Program-made: the position numbers and the translations under genes
The notes under the pieces: generated by a model
Databases searched by the model: none
What the model was told of the DNA's origin: nothing
Seen by the model: only the letters and a program-made list of their open reading frames with translations
Shown: piece after piece, positions 48,364 through 61,913 of the stretch
How the letters are laid out: the number at the start of each line of letters is the position of its first letter
Position numbering within the stretch: the first letter of the stretch is position 1
Origin: Pseudovirgaria hyperparasitica
Taxonomy: Eukaryota
Assembly: GCA_010093815.1 (NCBI GenBank)
Contig: ML996574.1
Direction: 5' to 3' (one strand)
Length of the DNA stretch: 64,000 nt

Positions 48364-50712
48364 ATGTCAGGCCAAAACCCCACAGTTACGCCCAGTTCAA
48401 CTACTTCTCAAGGCCACGTTAGTACTGAGGCAGAGCCACAGAAAAGGAAAAGAAAGGCCCTTTCGTGCTATGACTGCAAGCGGCGTAAGCTGCGATGCGA
48501 CAGAATCACACCAGCTTGCGGGCGGTGCACTGCATCTGGGAAGGCCGACAGTTGTCGATATGACTTCCAAGGGCTCGATGAAGATGACCAAGAAAAGCAA
48601 CGCGACATTGATAAACGTTCAACATCACCGAAAGATGTATCTAATGATGCCAATGACTACCAAAGGTCTCGCAGAAATAATGCCTTGGCCGATCGAGTCA
48701 AATATCTCGAAACCCGACTTGCAGAGCTTGAGTCACGCCGGTTATCGCGCCTCGAACAACCCAAATCCATGTTGATGTCCGCTGCAGTAAATAACGGGCC
48801 TGAAAATGCAGTGGATCTGAGTGTCAAAGAAGATGCTGTTGCCCTCGCAGAAACCACGTTCATCCGTATCCGAGGTTTCAAATCCCAGTTCTATGGTCCT
48901 ACAAAAGCAGCTGCAGTCGTAGCCCATCTCCCGCAACTACAACAGCTCATGCACTCTGTCTTCACATGGAAAAGCAATGGGCAAGTTCAAAGTGATTTCA
49001 AGAATCTCCGCTTGCAAAGTAAAGCTGAACATCGGAACCCAGATGTTAGCCATATTTCTGATAACCTCCTCGATCTACTCCCACCAAGATCGACTGTAGA
49101 CGAGCATGTCGAAGCATATATCGCCACGTTCGAAACCACTTACCGGGTCTTACATGTTCCTTCTTTCCGTCGAGAATACTCTGAGTTCTGGCAGTCGCCC
49201 TCAACACACCGTCGAGGTTTCGTTGCGATTCTCTTATTATTGATTGCGGCTGTCCGACCAGATTGCGCCCGTGCGCCCTTCACATACAACTACGACTCTT
49301 CTGTTGACCGCGGCGAGTCGATCATTGCAATCAGAGCCTCCGAATGCTGGCTCGAGAAGCAGTCCCACAAACATTTTACTCTCACGTTCCTCCAGGTAAA
49401 TTGCTTATTGATGATCGCCAAAGGCGTCAATCAAGTCAAATGCAAGCGCGCATGGCAATCATCCGGTTCTTTCCTTCAATTTTTAATGTCCGCCGCGTTT
49501 CATCGCGACCCAGCCGAGATAGACGGAAAGCGCCTCGCTCCGTCTGGGTCTCTGAACCGCGATGTCAACCGGACTATCGTTGGCATGTCCGTCTTTGAGT
49601 CCGAGATGCGACGCCGAATCTGGGCCACAGCCGTTGAAATCGAGCTACAAGCGTCCATTGAGCGTGGTATGCCTAGTATCAGTAATGCATACAATTTCGA
49701 CACACTCGCACCACTGAACGTCGAAGACGAAGATATCAATGAGGGTACGACAGTAACCCCCAAACCACTCTCGCCTGACCAGTTCACATCCGCAACATAT
49801 CAACACCTGGCGCATGCCTCACTCAAACTTCGAATCTCTCTCAACGCATGTCTCAACGATCCACGTACCCAACTCTCATACACTTCAGTACTATCTTACG
49901 AGCGTGAGATACAAGCCCATCTCACTACCCTCCCTGACTTCACGGACCCTACACGCCCTGGTGCCAGCATCTCTGATACGCCTGGTCGCGCGCTAATGGC
50001 AAACTCGCTTCTCCGCATCCAGCTACTCGTTTTTCTTCTCATGATACACTCACCCTTCATCCACACATCGACCAATCCTTCACATACACGCTACTCCGTC
50101 CTAGCCACAATCCGCGCCGCGACAGACATCATATCCCTCTTTCACACCCTTACCTCAAACAGCATGTTTGGACTCGTCCTCATTCGTGATGACATGTTCA
50201 GAGCTCCCATGGCTCTCGCACATGCCGTCCTCGCCGCAAAACTACCCGCTGATGATCTCCTCATCACCTCGCTAACGCTTCCAGCCAGCAAAGCAATAGC
50301 ACAGGCCCTCGAGATCCTTGGGGCGTGTATGGTCCGTGTTGGCAGTGGCGCACGTGAAGCCTGGGTTATCAGTGCGGCGAAAGCGCTGGTGAAAACGAAG
50401 GCCGAGCCGAGCAAGGCGGAGCAGTTCAAGGGTTAGGCGCTTGATGAGCTAATGGAGTCGCTAAGGACTATACTTGGCGGGCAAGTAGGGCGAGAGAAGA
50501 CTGTGGAAAGTGCGTCGATGGGACCATTGGGATCTGACATCATGGCGCCGACGCCGTTGGGAGGGCAGAATTGGGATATGCCAATGATGATGACAGGAGG
50601 ACTAGGTACGGATCTTGGGTTTGATGACTTTGCGTTTGATATCGGGAACATGGCTTTTGATCAGTATTTGGGATACGGAGTTGGCCCCGGTGTAGGGCCA
50701 GGGGAGTTCTAA
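48364..50712 (+). CDS. Zn2Cys6 transcription factor with fungal-specific TF domain; in-frame TAG at 50434-36
   Basis: SCYDCKRRKLRCDRITPACGRCTASGKADSC; FETTYRVLHVPSF; EMRRRIWAT. The same frame resumes after the TAG and runs to TAA 50712. Confidence 0.88.
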
Positions 50713-51010
50713 GGTCTTAAGACGTAGGCAAGAGTCGATATTCGCGTGTTTTAATTGGCTTCGATTGGATATAGATAAGGTGCAAAGACTGACTGCTTGC
50801 CTAGTTTTGAGCATAATGCATGTTTTTGTTAACACTGCTAGGCATATCAACGAGAGCAGAATCCCACACCATATTTACCAAGAACGCCATGCTAATAACG
50901 ACATATGCAGGGACCAATGTTAAATATGCCACCATGCTGATAACGCCCAGCTTACATTTGTCCAACTCCCTTGAACCAAGATAGTGGTCTGGGTATTCAG
51001 ACTTAGATTG

Positions 51011-52687
51011 TCATTCCTGATCCTCGTACGCGTCGCTATCCTCTTCGTCGATCAGATATTTTCCGGTTTGCATTAAATGGGCAGCCTTGTAGGCGGCTAG
51101 TAAGTGCGGACATTCATCCTTGACTTCTCGCGCGCTCTTCCACACACCCTGATCTTCCGAGTGCCCGACTATCCTGGCACAGTATGTCACTTCTCCATCC
51201 ATGTCTAGATGGTCGATGATCTGCTCAATTCTCACAGGTGAAGGGGACCTCTTCCGCACTGGCCGGTTGCCTTTCACTATAGGATTCGGTGCGTGTTCCT
51301 TGGCTTTCAACATTTCAACGTCCCCATTGTCCGAAATAGTCAAGTTTGGATGAGTGCGATCATCGATATCGTCGCTGTCTTCGTCTTCGATGTCACCTAT
51401 CAGATCGACAATGGTTGTCCGTCCATTGCTTAGGCTACCAGCTACGGGCTTCAGTGAGGTACGGTTCACCCCTAGTCTTGAACTTGCAGATAGTTCGGGC
51501 TGAGACGACTTGGAAGACGCATTAGAGGGAGCTTGATCCGTGCTGAAAGATGTTCCCTCAACTGTTGGCGTCATGCGCTGCCGCTTGATAGGCCTCTTTG
51601 GGGAGATTATGACGACTTCTGGCGATACGAGACGCCTTGAGCGCATTTGGGACATCTGGAAGTCATTTCTAAGTTGCTGTGCAGCGGCAGTATCCGACTC
51701 AGAGCTCTCGTAGGCTCTACCATTTGTGTAGGGAAGGCGTGACGATCCGTCAATGACCGATTCTTCTCGCCCATCTTCAGTCATATCTGCGGGCGACTCT
51801 TCTCCAGATTTTTGTGCAGAAACGGACCTTGTGATTCCCGCGTGCCATCTTTCACCTCCGTATCCTCTCGTACGCCCTCTTCTTCCGCGGATTCCATGCC
51901 CCCTGGTGCTAGGCATGGGTGGAGGTCTCGCGATTACATCCACATCTTCTGCTGTGTTTTCAATCATGTCTATTTCCTCCGAAGTGTCCTCTCCAGATTG
52001 CTGGGCGGACAGTGTTTCTCGTTGGGTACCAGCAGGTCCGTATCCTCTGGAGCGTCCTCTTCCACGACCCCGCCCACGAGGTCGACCGCGACTCTGCCCT
52101 GGTCCCCGACTTTTCAGCAACGCAGCACGCTCCAGGGCTTCTAGCCTCTGACGGCGGATTTCCATGTCCCAGGCTTTCTCAGCTTCTTCTTCGGCTGCTT
52201 CGGCGACGGCTCTGGCCTCTTCAGCGGCTTCCCATTCAACATGTACGAATCGCTCGTACTCTCTTCTAGAAACATGATTATAGATTTCATCCATCGTGAT
52301 GCCTTCTCTTAGCACTGGCTCAGTGATTTTGCGCCTGTCTGTCGCACGGCTTGCGGAAGATGCGGAAGAAGAAGCTCTAGTGGAGTTTACAGCTGGATCG
52401 TCAAGTGGCTTTATCACCACAGAGTAGTATGGGATTCCTTCTATGGTGATGCAGCGCATGATAGTGGCTGAAGTTCGTGGAATTGGCGGATCTGCGGATA
52501 ACATTGTAGAGACAGGCGCGGGCTCAAAATGACCAAGATACTCAGAATCGGATGAGTCCTATGATCGAACATTAGAAATTGGCTGCGTACAGAGGGAGTA
52601 GTACAGGTTATGATATAATACCTCGTCTGGACTTTGGCAGACGCGGTTGCTGGGAGCAGCAACACGCGCTCTTCCTCGCGGTGGCAT
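51011..52687 (-). CDS. Chromodomain-like protein with AT-hook/RG-rich region; exons 52687-52622, 52558-51011
   Basis: RGRPRGRGRGRG; C-terminal IEQIIDH...TYCARIVGHSEDQGVWKS...CPHLLAAY; GTATTA...CTAAT...TAG intron links an upstream ATG in frame. Confidence 0.65.
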
Positions 52688-53232
52688 CCTCGACTATGTA
52701 ATCAGAGGACTGAAGCAGGCAAGCGGATTGATGCATTGTGCGAGTGAACGGGATTCTTTCATAGAGTGAACATGGGTGCGTTCATGTATGTGAAGGGTGA
52801 GCTTAATGGTCTTGCCATAATTCACCTGTGCAGGTAATTAGTTATTACACATCGCGTTCAGATAGGGAGCCGTCCGTGGTTTGCCTGAAACCTAACAATC
52901 TTGGCATGATTTAAATCTCTTTCTCCTCTCCCTGGAATTTAATGAATATTTCTATCATCGCATCAGAGGACATATATCTAGTTTAATATATATATATACA
53001 CTAATATAGATATAGAGCTTAGAAGAATCTTCAAAGTATACAAGTAATAAAACTATTAGTCTAGCTAGATGAACGCTTTTTACACTAGTCTTGATTAGGC
53101 AAAGTGGTAGAATACTAAAGCTTTTTGGTATCAACGTCTATACATGTTACAAGAAGGTACTCAACTAGAATTAAGATTGGCGAACAATATTTGATGAGAA
53201 AGATAACAGTATCCTAAAATAGTTTTCGCTGT

Positions 53233-53323
53233 CACAAACAAGGCTTTTGCTTTTGAGTTGTGAAGATTGTGAAGCACAAACAAGGCTTTTGCTTTTGAGT
53301 TGTGAAGATTGTGAAGCACAAAC
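53233..53323. repeat. Perfect 42-bp tandem duplication (2.2 copies)
   Basis: cacaaacaaggcttttgcttttgagttgtgaagattgtgaag at 53233 and 53275, then cacaaac at 53317. Confidence 0.95.
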
Positions 53324-54334
53324 GAAAGATCGGAGTTAGACTACTACATATGATGTACATTGGATAGATTCTCCTAACAGCTATGTTGTGCGACAATCCA
53401 CCCGGCAACGCCGTGAAGTGGACAGACTTACTCTGTCCCCAAATAGAAAGAAGCATGAAGCTGCAAGCCAATTTTTTACCAAGGTCTGCCCGACGTGAAC
53501 CGCTTCCTTGAAACGTGGTAAAAACCACGACCAAAGAGCGGTAAGTCACTGACCCGCGCAATCAATCTTGGCCGAGTAACGCTTATAACCATAAGGTACT
53601 TGCGTACGGTTTAAAGCGTTCGATACTAGCCGTCAGTTAAATAAAATAAAATTTCATGTGAGGGTTGGAGGATTTGTGAGGGGGATGGGAGAGGCAATTT
53701 TCGCTAATTCATGAAAGAGTTAGTTGAACATCTTCGTGGTCGATACAGAATAGGTTGAACTTACAGTGGTTTCATTTCAGTTTGACGGAAGTTACATCAG
53801 GTCACGCGGTAGGGGAAGAAGTCAAAGTTTGAATGAACAGCTGGCAATTCATGTTTCCAGGACAATTATTGGAAGACCTTGGTGAAAGTTGTCAGTGGGT
53901 TTCAGTTCATCTCAATAGAAGGCGATGGCAAAGGAGGACATACTATGGATCCATAATTGGGTGTAAACATGGTATAGATTAGGAAGACATGCACCTGTCG
54001 GACAGTGTCGCAGCGTATAAATGTCGAGGGTGAAAGAAATGTAAAAGTGATGTTAAAGGATGAGTTTTCAGAAGAGGATGAAGGAAGAATGGAGGATTTT
54101 GAGAATTAAGCGTCGTCTTAAATAGTCATAACAACACACTAACGATTCTATACACGTGATATGCCCCTTGCGTACTAGCACCACGAGTTCTCGGACCCCT
54201 CTGTTGATATATTCGGCAGCTGTTGATCAATTCTGTGCTCTACGGGGCCTTGCCGAACGTCAAACTTCCCAATTGTCACCACTTGGGATCATTCGACCCC
54301 CTGAAAACCCGTTACCGAGACCCATATTCACACA

Positions 54335-54942
54335 ATGCCTATCAAACACACGAACACTGGTTCTGAAACCACCCCAAGCGTTGAAAATACACCAACACAC
54401 GCTGGAAAAGTTACTGTCCGGCAGATTACTGCCTCTCCAACCCATAGCACCGTTCCTTCTCCTCCTCCACCCTTAGGGGAGCGCCCAGCTCGCTTCCTTA
54501 TGAAGGGACTCTTACAGAAGCAAGATAGGGGAATAACAACATGGCGTCGCAAGTGAGTAGATCCATGATCTTACCTACTCTGGCAGCTACGATATGAAGA
54601 AAATTTTAATATGAGCCCAACTCGAGATCGATGACTGGCAATTGAGTATATGTGCAAAAGGAAACACTATCTGACTCAAATTACGCACAAATGCGCAATT
54701 GACTGTCTTTCAGTGGAGTGAAACTGACAATGCTTGTTCACAGACTTGAGATTGAGCCAGAAACCACAACAGAGCCTTCCCACGCTCTAGGAATGGGCAC
54801 CTCCGCTCCTTTCACGGAGCTCGAAGCTCCTGTGCCCGGCGCAACACCGGACCAGGAGAAGGGAACGGTGAAAGAAGGGGCTGTGGTTGAGCTGGAGGGA
54901 GAGAGCGGAAAGGAGAAGAAGAGAGGAGGAAAGCGGGAGTAA
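54335..54942 (+). CDS. Hypothetical disordered 138-aa protein; exons 54335-54552, 54744-54942
   Basis: GTGAGT...CTGAC...CAG intron joins two ORF-track frames (417 nt in total); no recognisable domain. Confidence 0.45.
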
Positions 54943-55819
54943 GCATTTCCTCGCATGACCATCGCACCTTTTCAACACTTGATTGTCTCAAGCTACTATT
55001 AGCGGTTGAGCTATTCTGCCCCAGCACTCTACTTTGCTTGCAGATCACCATCTTACATGATTCTCTTCCACACATGTTGCAGTTTTGATGCGCATAGCTA
55101 ATAGATCTTACAGTGTTCCTAAAAAGGCCGCACAGGCCGTGAAGAAGATGTTACTATTTCGCTAACGGGAAGGGAGGAATGAACGTGGTTTTCCTGCTAC
55201 TACGGCTGATTTAATAGTGCCGCATATCATACTAGACCAGTTTCTCGTCCTGTAGCACTTCATAATATGAATGAATAGACTACAGTCATACAGTTCTATG
55301 GCACTTGAAGAGAGGAACATTAGTTTAACGTTGTCCTTAAAGGCGATCAAAGTGATGTAAGATCAAGGACTACTTAACAGGAAGGACAAAGCAGAACATA
55401 TGTCAGTGATAAGGTAGAGACAAAGAACTTGGGAATAGAACAGTATCACAGATTTACGGGTCTTTCCATGTGGATATACGAGTTCATACCATGAGGTCCG
55501 TCGATTAGAAGCAAGGATGAACATTGGGAAGCTTGAACATGGAACAAGACAGATTAATTTACCCATGCAGTCAGTCAGTAGTACTGATAGAGCTCATACA
55601 AATTAGTTAATATAGCTCAGATGTCTCTACATAGCACCTTACGACCATGCAACAAAAGCGATATTGCCATTCGTTCAGCCCTGCACAGTGCTGTAGAACA
55701 TGACAAGTGACGCAGTATCTCCTCCTTGAGGATGTTATATTTGCGATAGCCATCCGAACAAAAGCTAGTATGGCCAGATCGGAGAGAAATATTCAAGCTA
55801 ATATCCCGAAACGTCGGTC

Positions 55820-57022
55820 TCATAAACACTGGTAAAACCACTCATTCTGCTGTATACATGTCCAAGGAATTGCACACTGTGTCGGTCCAGTATACCCACT
55901 ACCACCACATTGTGCATACCGCGCCGCTATTGCAGTTGGACTTCCAATGGCGCTTGTCTTTGTATTAGATGGGACCACGACAGTAGGACTCGATCCTCCA
56001 CTTGGCGCTGTGCCCCACGCATTCAGTATTGCAGTATAAGCCGCCTTTTTCACAAAGTTGAGATCCCATGGGAGAGCTTCACCTTGCCCTGCAAAGACAG
56101 AGGGAATCCAACTGTACTTGTCTGTATAGTCCCAGATTGTGATGCCGACGCATTTTGCAACGTTCTTGCACGCGGTGGTGACAGCGGCATAGTCGGAAGC
56201 TTGTTGCGCCTTTGTGGAGTCTGACATGGGTGTTGTAGAACGAATGTCGAGCTCAGTGTATGCAAATTCGACGCCGAGGCTTGTAAAACTCTGGATATTG
56301 GATTGCAGGGAGGAAGCTGATCCGACACTGCCGACGATAAGGTGTGCTTGAGCGCCAACGCCGTCAATCTTGGCGCCGTATGATTGAACCTGCTTCACGA
56401 TGTTTGCTGCTGCTTTGGACTTTGCACCTGCGGACTCGAGGTTGTAGTCGTTGTAGTATAGTTTCGCAGAGGGGTCGGCGGCAGCGGCAGCTGCGAAGGC
56501 AATCGGGATGAACGCTGGGCCGATGGTATTGTAGAATACAGAGGTACGATATGTGCCGTCCTCATTAAGTGCTTCATTGACGACGTCCCATGCGTAGCAC
56601 TTGCCCTTCCAATGTGTGACCAGATTCGTGACGTGGTTCCGCATGATGCTTACGAGGGTAGCGTTGTCGAAGTCTCCGGATGAAATCCAGCTGGGAAGCT
56701 GGGAGTGCCAGACAAGTGTATGACAGCGCAGAAGCTGACCGTTACCTGCTGCGAGAGAGACAATCGAGTCACCATTCGCATAGCTGAAGACATTGCGAGA
56801 CTTCTCAGTTGCATCCCATTTCATAGAGTTGCCAGGGGTGATCTGTCCAAAGTCCGAAGTATTACTGAGCGTTTTAGTATAAGGAACGTCATTTAGCTCG
56901 CCATTGTCTGTCGCACTACCAAAGTAGAGCTTGCCAGCTGCTTTGGCTCGTATGTTTAGGCCGTCTGCTGCAAGTGTCGTCACGGCAGCCAAAGCGAAGA
57001 GAGAGAGTTTGAGAATGAACAT
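55820..57022 (-). CDS. Secreted GH10 endo-1,4-beta-xylanase with C-terminal CBM1
   Basis: Signal peptide [48 protein letters not shown]; Ser/Thr linker; [13 protein letters not shown]...C...YQCL. Confidence 0.97.
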   Translation of the reverse strand: MFILKLSLFALAAVTTLAADGLNIRAKAAGKLYFGSATDNGELNDVPYTKTLSNTSDFGQITPGNSMKWDATEKSRNVFSYANGDSIVSLAAGNGQLLRCHTLVWHSQLPSWISSGDFDNATLVSIMRNHVTNLVTHWKGKCYAWDVVNEALNEDGTYRTSVFYNTIGPAFIPIAFAAAAAADPSAKLYYNDYNLESAGAKSKAAANIVKQVQSYGAKIDGVGAQAHLIVGSVGSASSLQSNIQSFTSLGVEFAYTELDIRSTTPMSDSTKAQQASDYAAVTTACKNVAKCVGITIWDYTDKYSWIPSVFAGQGEALPWDLNFVKKAAYTAILNAWGTAPSGGSSPTVVVPSNTKTSAIGSPTAIAARYAQCGGSGYTGPTQCAIPWTCIQQNEWFYQCL

Positions 57023-58188
57023 CTTGATATAATCAGCTATCGCGATGAGGAAGAAAAATTTACACTCACGCGCCAAGAATACTCCATAGCGAGGTAGTTG
57101 ATCTTATATGGTGATTCTGGTACCCCCTGACCATCCAAAGATAGATATGACTTACTTCGCGGCTGTGGGTGGATAAATTCGTCAATCTCGGTATTGACAA
57201 GGTTGAGCAAGGATGGCGCATACCTATAGCCAAAGAACGTGCATAGTGAAATTGTGTTTCATTTGGGATCATCGGGATGTCGGTCATACTATGCCGGAAT
57301 CCGGATTACGATATATAAATCATATCCTGATATACAAACTACAAAGATACTTAGAATTTGACAAGATGAGCTGGAAAGAACACGACGAAGACAAGGAAGA
57401 AGCTCACAATGCCTACACGACTCTGTAGGAACTGAAAGCACTAGAAAGAAAGAAAGGAAGATATGAATGGATGGAGAGCCCCTGTAGGTGCTGGCTGAGG
57501 TGGTAGCCGCAAAAGGCATAGCGCCATTTTCACTTATATTGATGGCAAAGTTGCATGAGGAGGCAAGATCCAAACTTTGCTTTCGACCTGTAATCTCTTA
57601 CTCGGCACATACTTGACTACTCTTAAGACTATTGCTTGTAAGCACTACTGAGTTGTCTGCTATCTTACTAATCGAGAAATCAGACTGAATGGTGTCTGGA
57701 CGCACTGCGAGCATCCTATAAAGTCTACGGCTGCGGTACACGGAGACACCTTTCAGACATTCTTATTATCTTATTCATGCAGCTTACCAGAGTCAAATAT
57801 CTGGGGGAGCATGGCAATGCAATTCTCGTAGGTCACGTGCTGCTGGCGATTCCATCGATCTTCCATTATCTGACCGCTGGTCCATAATGACGATAAAGAC
57901 ACTTTTTGTAAGCAAATGCCCAAGACAAAAGGGGATATCCCAGGCATGATCCATTGTGGGTCGCGCTTGTTACGCTGACACCATGTTGATCAAACAGGAA
58001 CGACCCCGCAATCTGATCGACAAAACAGGAAGGAGGTGACCACAAGATGATCAACTAAGGATCGAATGACGTCCCCAAATCCACAAAAAGATGGAAGTCA
58101 CTATCGCTGAACGGCACATGTAGTTTCTACATTGCAGACCCATGTTACCTCTAATATCCGTTATTCTCCAAAACTCATACCAGTCAAT

Positions 58189-60566
58189 ATGTGGAAGCAT
58201 GTGGTCCTATTTGCGCTCGCGACTGGAACATCATGCCATGTGCTAGATTACATAGATCCACTCATAGGTTCTAACGGTGGAGGGAACGTATTCGCTGGGG
58301 CTACACTTCCTTATGGCATGGCAAAGGCAGTGGCAGATGTGGACGGGCAGAACACTGGGGGATTTTCAACAGACAATAGCAATGTCACAGGCTTCTCATC
58401 CATGCATGACGCTGGGACTGGTGGGAATCCTTCATTGGGAAATTTTCCTCTTTTTCCACAGTTCTGTCCTGGGAATGATTTGAATAATTGCAGATTCCCA
58501 AAGGACTCCAGGAAGCTCCCATACAAAAATGATACCGTTGTCGCGAGACCTGGCTATTTCGCATTGACATTGGACAACAATATCAGCGCTGAGATGACAA
58601 CCACGAAACATGCTGCTCTGTATCAATTCAGCTTTCCCGATGCCAAAGCAGAAAATGGGACTACACTCCATCCCCTCATCCTGGTGGACCTTGATGACTT
58701 GTGGCTCAGCAGGCAGAACGCTTCCGTCTCCGTGGACGCAGCCACAGGAAGGATAAGTGGCAACGGGACTTTCTTACCCTCTTTTGGAGCAGGATCATAC
58801 GTATTACACTTCTGCGTTGACTTTGCAGGTGCCTCTATTTTTGATTCTGGCATGTATGTCAACGATCGAGCTGGGACGGAACCGAAAGAGTTATATGTTA
58901 CACGAGGTTTTAATTTGTTCTACATACAGGCAGGATCCTTTGTTCGGTTTCATCGACCATCTGACGGAACTATCAGCGCAAGATTCGGTGTTAGCTATAT
59001 CAGCAGCGACAAGGCTTGCCAGAATGCTGAGCATGAGATACCAGATTGGGATTTCGATGTCATACGCGCTCGTGCGGAAGATGCGTGGATAGAAAAACTT
59101 GACCACATCTCAATTACCCCTGGTGGGGCAAGCGAAGATCTCCAAAACACATTTTACAGCGGTCTGTACCGGAACATGATCAATCCACAAGACTACACGG
59201 GCGAAAATCCTCAGTGGGAGAGCGATGAACCATACTTTGACTCATTTTACTGCATATGGGATGCTTTTCGAGCGCAACATCCTATGTTAACTATCATAGA
59301 CCCTAACGAACAGTCTCGCATGGTGCGAAGCCTGCTCGATACGTACAAGCACAGGGGTTGGTTGCCTGATTGTCAGATGAGCTTAAGCAGGGGATGGACC
59401 CAAGGAGGAAGCAACGCCGACGTAGTTCTCGTAGATGCATACGTCAAGAATCTTACCGGGATAGACTGGAGTCTAGCATACGAAGCTGTTATTAAGGATG
59501 CGGAGGTCGAGCCCCTGGACTGGTCAAACCAAGGCCGCGGCGGGCTGCAGAGTTGGAAGCGCCTCAATTACATTCCTTATCTGGATTACGACTACCTAGG
59601 GTTTGGTACTAACTCGAGAAGCATCTCAAGGACGGTCGAGTATGCATACAATGATTTCGTCATTGCGACATTATCTATTGGCCTGGGTAAGGACCCATCG
59701 GTCTATCTGCAGCGTGCAAGCAACTGGCGAAATCTCTACAAATCAGACCAGACTTCTTTCATCAACGGGACCGACACTGGTTTCGTTGGCTTCTTCCAAC
59801 CTAAATACCTGAATGGTACCTGGGGATACCAAGATCCGATTGCTTGCTCACCGCTTGCTACGTTCTGTTCTTTAACATCAAATCCCTCGGAAACGTTTGA
59901 GTCAAGCGTCTGGGAATATCAGTTGTGGGTCCTTTCTCCCAGATTTTCTCACCTTGACTGAGCCTTAATAGCTACGTACCACAAGATATGGCCGCACTGA
60001 TCGATACCCTTGGTGGAGCCGAGACATTGATTAAACGTCTCGACTACGCTTTCGAGTCTGGCCTCCTCGACATCTCCAACGAACCAGTGTTCCTGACTGT
60101 GTACGCTTACCATTACGCAGGTCGCCCTGCACTATCTACGAAACGCGTTCACACCTACATTCCTTCACGCTTCAATTCCTCATACACCGGACTACCCGGA
60201 AATGACGACAGCGGTGCAATGGGAAGTTTTTCAGCCTTCTCCATGATGGGTCTATTCCCAAATGCTGGGCAGAACGTATACCTTATCTCTGCGCCATTCT
60301 TCGAGAGTTGGAGCATCAATATGGGTAATGATACTGTGGCAACAGTCAAGACAGTCAACTTCGATCCAGCATATAAGAACATCTACATCCAGAGTGTGAC
60401 GCTGAACGGTGGACAATACAAAAAGAGCTGGATTGGTCACGAATTTTTTGCGCAGGGCTGGACGCTGGAAATCACCCTAGGGGACGCTGAGAGTGACTGG
60501 GGAACGAAGGATGAAGACTTGCCGCCCAGTATGTCTACTTCGCAGATAGGGCATATGAGTCTATAG
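58189..60566 (+). CDS. Secreted GH92 alpha-1,2-mannosidase-like protein; exons 58189-59924, 59972-60566
   Basis: YIDPLIGS, GATLPYGMAK, WDAFRA, TQGGSNAD, SRTVEYAYND, NEP, LPGNDDSGAM. Confidence 0.95.
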
Positions 60567-61913
60567 ACTTGTATTACTAGGACAATGAGATGCTCCTCGA
60601 AATTGGAAGTCGTAGGACGGCAAGTGGAATAATATAGTAAGGCTGTCTTTGATTCCAATATTTTGATTCGGGTGACTCCTATAGATCCAGCAGTTAGTAC
60701 GATGCCATGTATAAGCCTCTGATACGTCCTTTTACATATGTCTCTCTTCTTCACCAGACTATCTCCGCGAAGTTATAGCTCCGATTTTCACATACTCTAC
60801 CAGCGCTCTCACTGGTTAGTACCCTCCCACGAACAGTATCTTCACACCTAAGAATAACTCATGAGGTAGTAGAGACTTCGTCAAACGTGTTAAGCTTGGT
60901 GATAACGCATTCATTGTGTGATCGTATGTTTCCAGACCATAGTCCTTGCGACTGTTCGGTGAAACTTCACTCGCCACCAATAAAGCTCAGGTGCCGCAAT
61001 TCTCATAAGTCTCCCCAGTCTTGTCAGCGAGTATAGGCAATATATTTGTGAATCCATGTGCGTGGAATTGGGTGCATGTGTGATGTTGACGTGGCATAGT
61101 GAGCATTTAGCTTTAGTAGAGGGAGAAATGCATTTTGGAGAAGGCTTGTAGAGTTATGGTAACCGCGGTGGGCTAAGAGATAATTATCAAAAGCTATAGA
61201 GGTCAAATATATGCTATATGGATGTCGATGAAGTAGTTTTAAAGGAAGCATGGGTGAAATGTCAAATTCTGAGGGCTGAGTCGAGCCATCGGGTCTTTTG
61301 GGGGGGTTTGGGATACTATAAAGGAGATATTAGCGGACAACTGTGATATAATATGTGGCGATACATAGCTACAGATAGTGAGAGGACGTCATGGTGTTTT
61401 CTCCGATCTCTGGAGAGCTATACTAAGATAGATCTGTGCCCGGGGCATCAATACCCAATCAGTCCTCGATCAATCTGGATCATTGGGATTTTAGCGAACA
61501 CATCGAGTGCTATAAAGGAGTTATCGGAGAGCCTAATCAAACATCCGATCGAAATTTGGGCGTCAAATACCAATAGACAGGTACAAATCAGGTAAATCGT
61601 CCTAAATGTAAAATATGACGTGCCGTAGGTACGGTTGTGAAAAGCATAAACAACGTTATGTCAGCCATGTTTGCCATATTCACCACCCACCCACAACGCA
61701 TCCGCTCTGAAAAACCATTCAGAACACACTAACAGTAACAAGAGAGCCCACGCCTGACCCATATTCGAGACTGCACGCACATTATCGACAAAAAGACAAT
61801 AATTCCTTCCTCACAGTCCCCAGCTCCCTGTGCAACCAACGACCAAAACCACACCCGAACGCCATACGCGACACATTCTCCACAGAGATATCGTTGAACA
61901 AAAGGCCACCGCA

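Noticed and set aside
53233..53323. CRISPR-like repeat
   Set aside because: Head-to-tail duplication without spacers in a eukaryotic genome.
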